A stretch of 64,000 nt of DNA from Macrostomum lignano (lineage: Eukaryota): positions 42,254 through 106,253 of the forward strand of contig NIVC01003291.1 of the NCBI GenBank assembly GCA_002269645.1. Direction: 5' to 3'. Below, one piece after another: positions 61,611-64,000 of this stretch; positions within the stretch are counted from its first letter, which is position 1; every line of letters starts with the position of its first letter. A program made the position numbers and the translations under genes. Under the pieces are notes generated by a model. The model did no database searches. It was not told the DNA's origin and saw only the letters and a program-made list of their open reading frames with translations.

Positions 61611-62823
61611 TCTTAGCATTGGCCATTGGATCGGATATTAAAAGCATTCAAAAGCTCTGGATATTGTGACTGACACTAGCATCGTGGAATAGAGGTTGTG
61701 GTCTTGCGCTTCAATTGACTGGTCCCTGCTTTTTATGGCTCTATATTAATAATCTTATCTCGCTAGCTGGCCGCCACCCAATTCTCACGACAGAAATGTT
61801 TGTTACTACAATTGAACAAGACTTAAAAAAGGAAAAAAGAGCACATTCTCACCGAGACTTCTGGGCCTATGCTAGCGCGTGCCACTATATCGGTGTGGTA
61901 GGAACAGATAACGAAATTCGGTTCTGGTTTAGTTTACAGGCACCCACCCCTTAGTTCGGTTTGTGATAGAACTGAACTCAATCCAGTTGGTGGCTGGCGC
62001 CCTTTTTTACCTCTCAGATAGAAGCAGTGTACGAGCTAAAGCAAGCAAGAGCTTCATATCTGTCCTGTGTTTTCCCCTGTTCTCCGTTTTCTAGGCCTTA
62101 ATTTGTTGTTAAACCCCCTATTGTATAGTAAGTATTAAGTATATGCTGCTACATTAATTTCAACGAAGATGGCATATTTTTCTTTAACTTTGCTATGCAT
62201 AATTAACAGTAGTATTGGTACTACATTATAACAAGTAGACAATAGATGCTGGATATGCAATACCACCAGCACCAATATCATGTTATCCTGTCTGCCTGCC
62301 GTCCAATACTCTTCTCCGGTGTTAAATATTTATCCAATTAATTTAAACAAAAATGCTCATGCTATTATTAATAGGGTATCATTGGCGGCTAGAAATTTAT
62401 GGTACACTAAGTGGCTTCAGTATTTTATAAACACTAAACTTCATATTCATTCTTTTAAATAGTTTCTTATTTAAAAGGTCCAATTATTAACAATAAGGGG
62501 TTGGGGTCTGCGGTATTAGCTCAGATTGTAGTCATATTTTTATCTAGGCGTTTCTATTGCTCGCACTCGACTAACCTTGTTTACAATTACAAACCACCGA
62601 GGCTAACTAATTAGGTACTTAATTGCTTCGCTGCAGTCTAGTGTACACGAGATTTCAGCATTCGCATGTACATTGCTCAATGTACTCGGCAGATAGAGTA
62701 AATATCAGGCTAGGTCAAAATTAGACACTACTTTGTTTTCAATTTAAATGCTGCCTACTAAATTAAGATTATTTCTTAGTGCAAGCAGGGTATGAGCTGA
62801 GCTAGGTAGAAATGAGAGCTTAT

Positions 62824-63025
62824 CAGGCGCCGCGGAACAGGGGGGGCAGGGGGGGCAGCTGCCCCCCCTGACATTGAGTTGGGGGGGCATTGCCCCCCCT
62901 CAAATATCGTTCAACAGCATAATTTTGCTCAAATTTTTGGTCATTGTCCAAGACAGGGTCTGGGCTTGAGTTTCGGAAACTTGGTCCTGCCCCCCCCCTG
63001 GCAAAAACTCGTTCCGCGGCGCCTG
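62824..63025. mobile_element. hAT-type MITE (202 bp)
   Basis: Perfect 15-bp TIRs CAGGCGCCGCGGAAC / GTTCCGCGGCGCCTG; perfect 8-bp TSD GAGCTTAT. Confidence 0.9.
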
Positions 63026-64000
63026 GAGCTTATAAGTTATAGTCTGAGCAGCAGCGCAAGAAATAAATAACAAACTGGGAGATCCACGTGCGCAAGCCAA
63101 ATAATACTATACCGACTGGAGCGGCAAAACAACTTCTGAAAATAAACAGGCAACAGGGCTGGACTTAACTGGTTCTGCCATTGTGCTTAGGACAGACTGT
63201 TTCACCATTCCTTTCTTCTACTCTGCTCTTCCGCGCCTGGCGCCTTATTACTGTACACCGCCTACCAATTGATTGCCTACTTAGTTAGCCCGCCACACTT
63301 GACAATGACAGAGTTTTCTTGCCCCGGGACCCGCATTCCCTGAGCTGCCGACTGGGCACAATAGACAAATCCGAAACCCCCCACCGAAATCTTGCCGACA
63401 AAAGCAACAACAACAAGTATAAGAAACGCAACGCTGATTCTGTCTCTTTTTAACAAAGCGAACTTCTAATAACTGCGAACTTAGCCCAGAATTTTTACAC
63501 TCGATTCTATTCTGCCTAAAGCCTGTCTGAGCCTGCCAAAGGGGTGTGCGGGGCAGCAGGCGCCGTTTGAGGGGGTGGGGTTTTTTAGTGGCTTAAAATT
63601 GGCCTCGTGGGCCCGGGTGGGGTAAGGGGTTCAGCAGGAGGTGAATTGGCTGCGGCTCACTGGCTATTTTATTTACCGACACGCGAATCCCCCCCCCCTG
63701 ATCAAATCGACCCACCCCCCATGCCCCAGGCCCCAACACCCCCTTAGCAGTCTGCCTGCTGGCTTCACAATACGATGAGTCACACAGTCACAGGGGGCCG
63801 GGTGGCTTGTTTTCTAAAGATGCTCACATGGGGGGCTTGGTATTTTCTGTATGTTGCTGTCTGTTATTATGCTGTCTAGTCTCTCCTCCAAGGTTGCCAA
63901 ACAATGAGCCCGTCTCCCTGGAAATGTAAAATCCAGGATGATATTTTTATATATTAGTCATATTTTCATTTTTAGTACTTCCTTTATTATTCTAATTTTG

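Overview
This is eukaryotic (metazoan) genomic DNA with GT-AG introns, GC-rich exons with poly-Q/A/P tracts, and introns packed with minisatellites. This architecture resembles a Macrostomum-type flatworm genome (inference only; the species cannot be proven from the window). Five spliced protein-coding genes can be assembled by hand. (1) A vesicular glutamate transporter (VGLUT/SLC17, +, 9 exons, 479-10695). (2) MRE11 (+, 5 coding exons, 15214-20170). (3) A FoxP transcription factor (-, about 33200-39806). (4) A uridine-cytidine kinase-family gene (+, 4 exons, 42360-50237). (5) The 5' part of an unidentified Pro/Gln-rich gene (+, from 60004). Mobile DNA comprises a full-length LOA/R1-type non-LTR retrotransposon (ORF1 + APE-RT-RNaseH-CCHC) inserted into a minisatellite, a decayed DD41D Tc1/mariner element, four hAT-type MITEs with 8-bp TSDs, a tRNA-derived SINE and an eroded CORE-SINE. 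Top findings: a highly diverged duplicate of the FoxP forkhead recognition-helix exon (candidate alternative terminal exon lacking the DNA-contact residues); a UCK with the catalytic Asp and other active-site residues replaced (candidate pseudoenzyme); TAATG stop-start coupling in the retrotransposon; identical minisatellites in inverted orientation flanking VGLUT exons; and an intronic array of branchpoint/AG|GT recursive-splice-like units in MRE11. Most long ORFs in the six-frame track are tandem-repeat artefacts. All exon coordinates were derived by hand and repeat boundaries are approximate.
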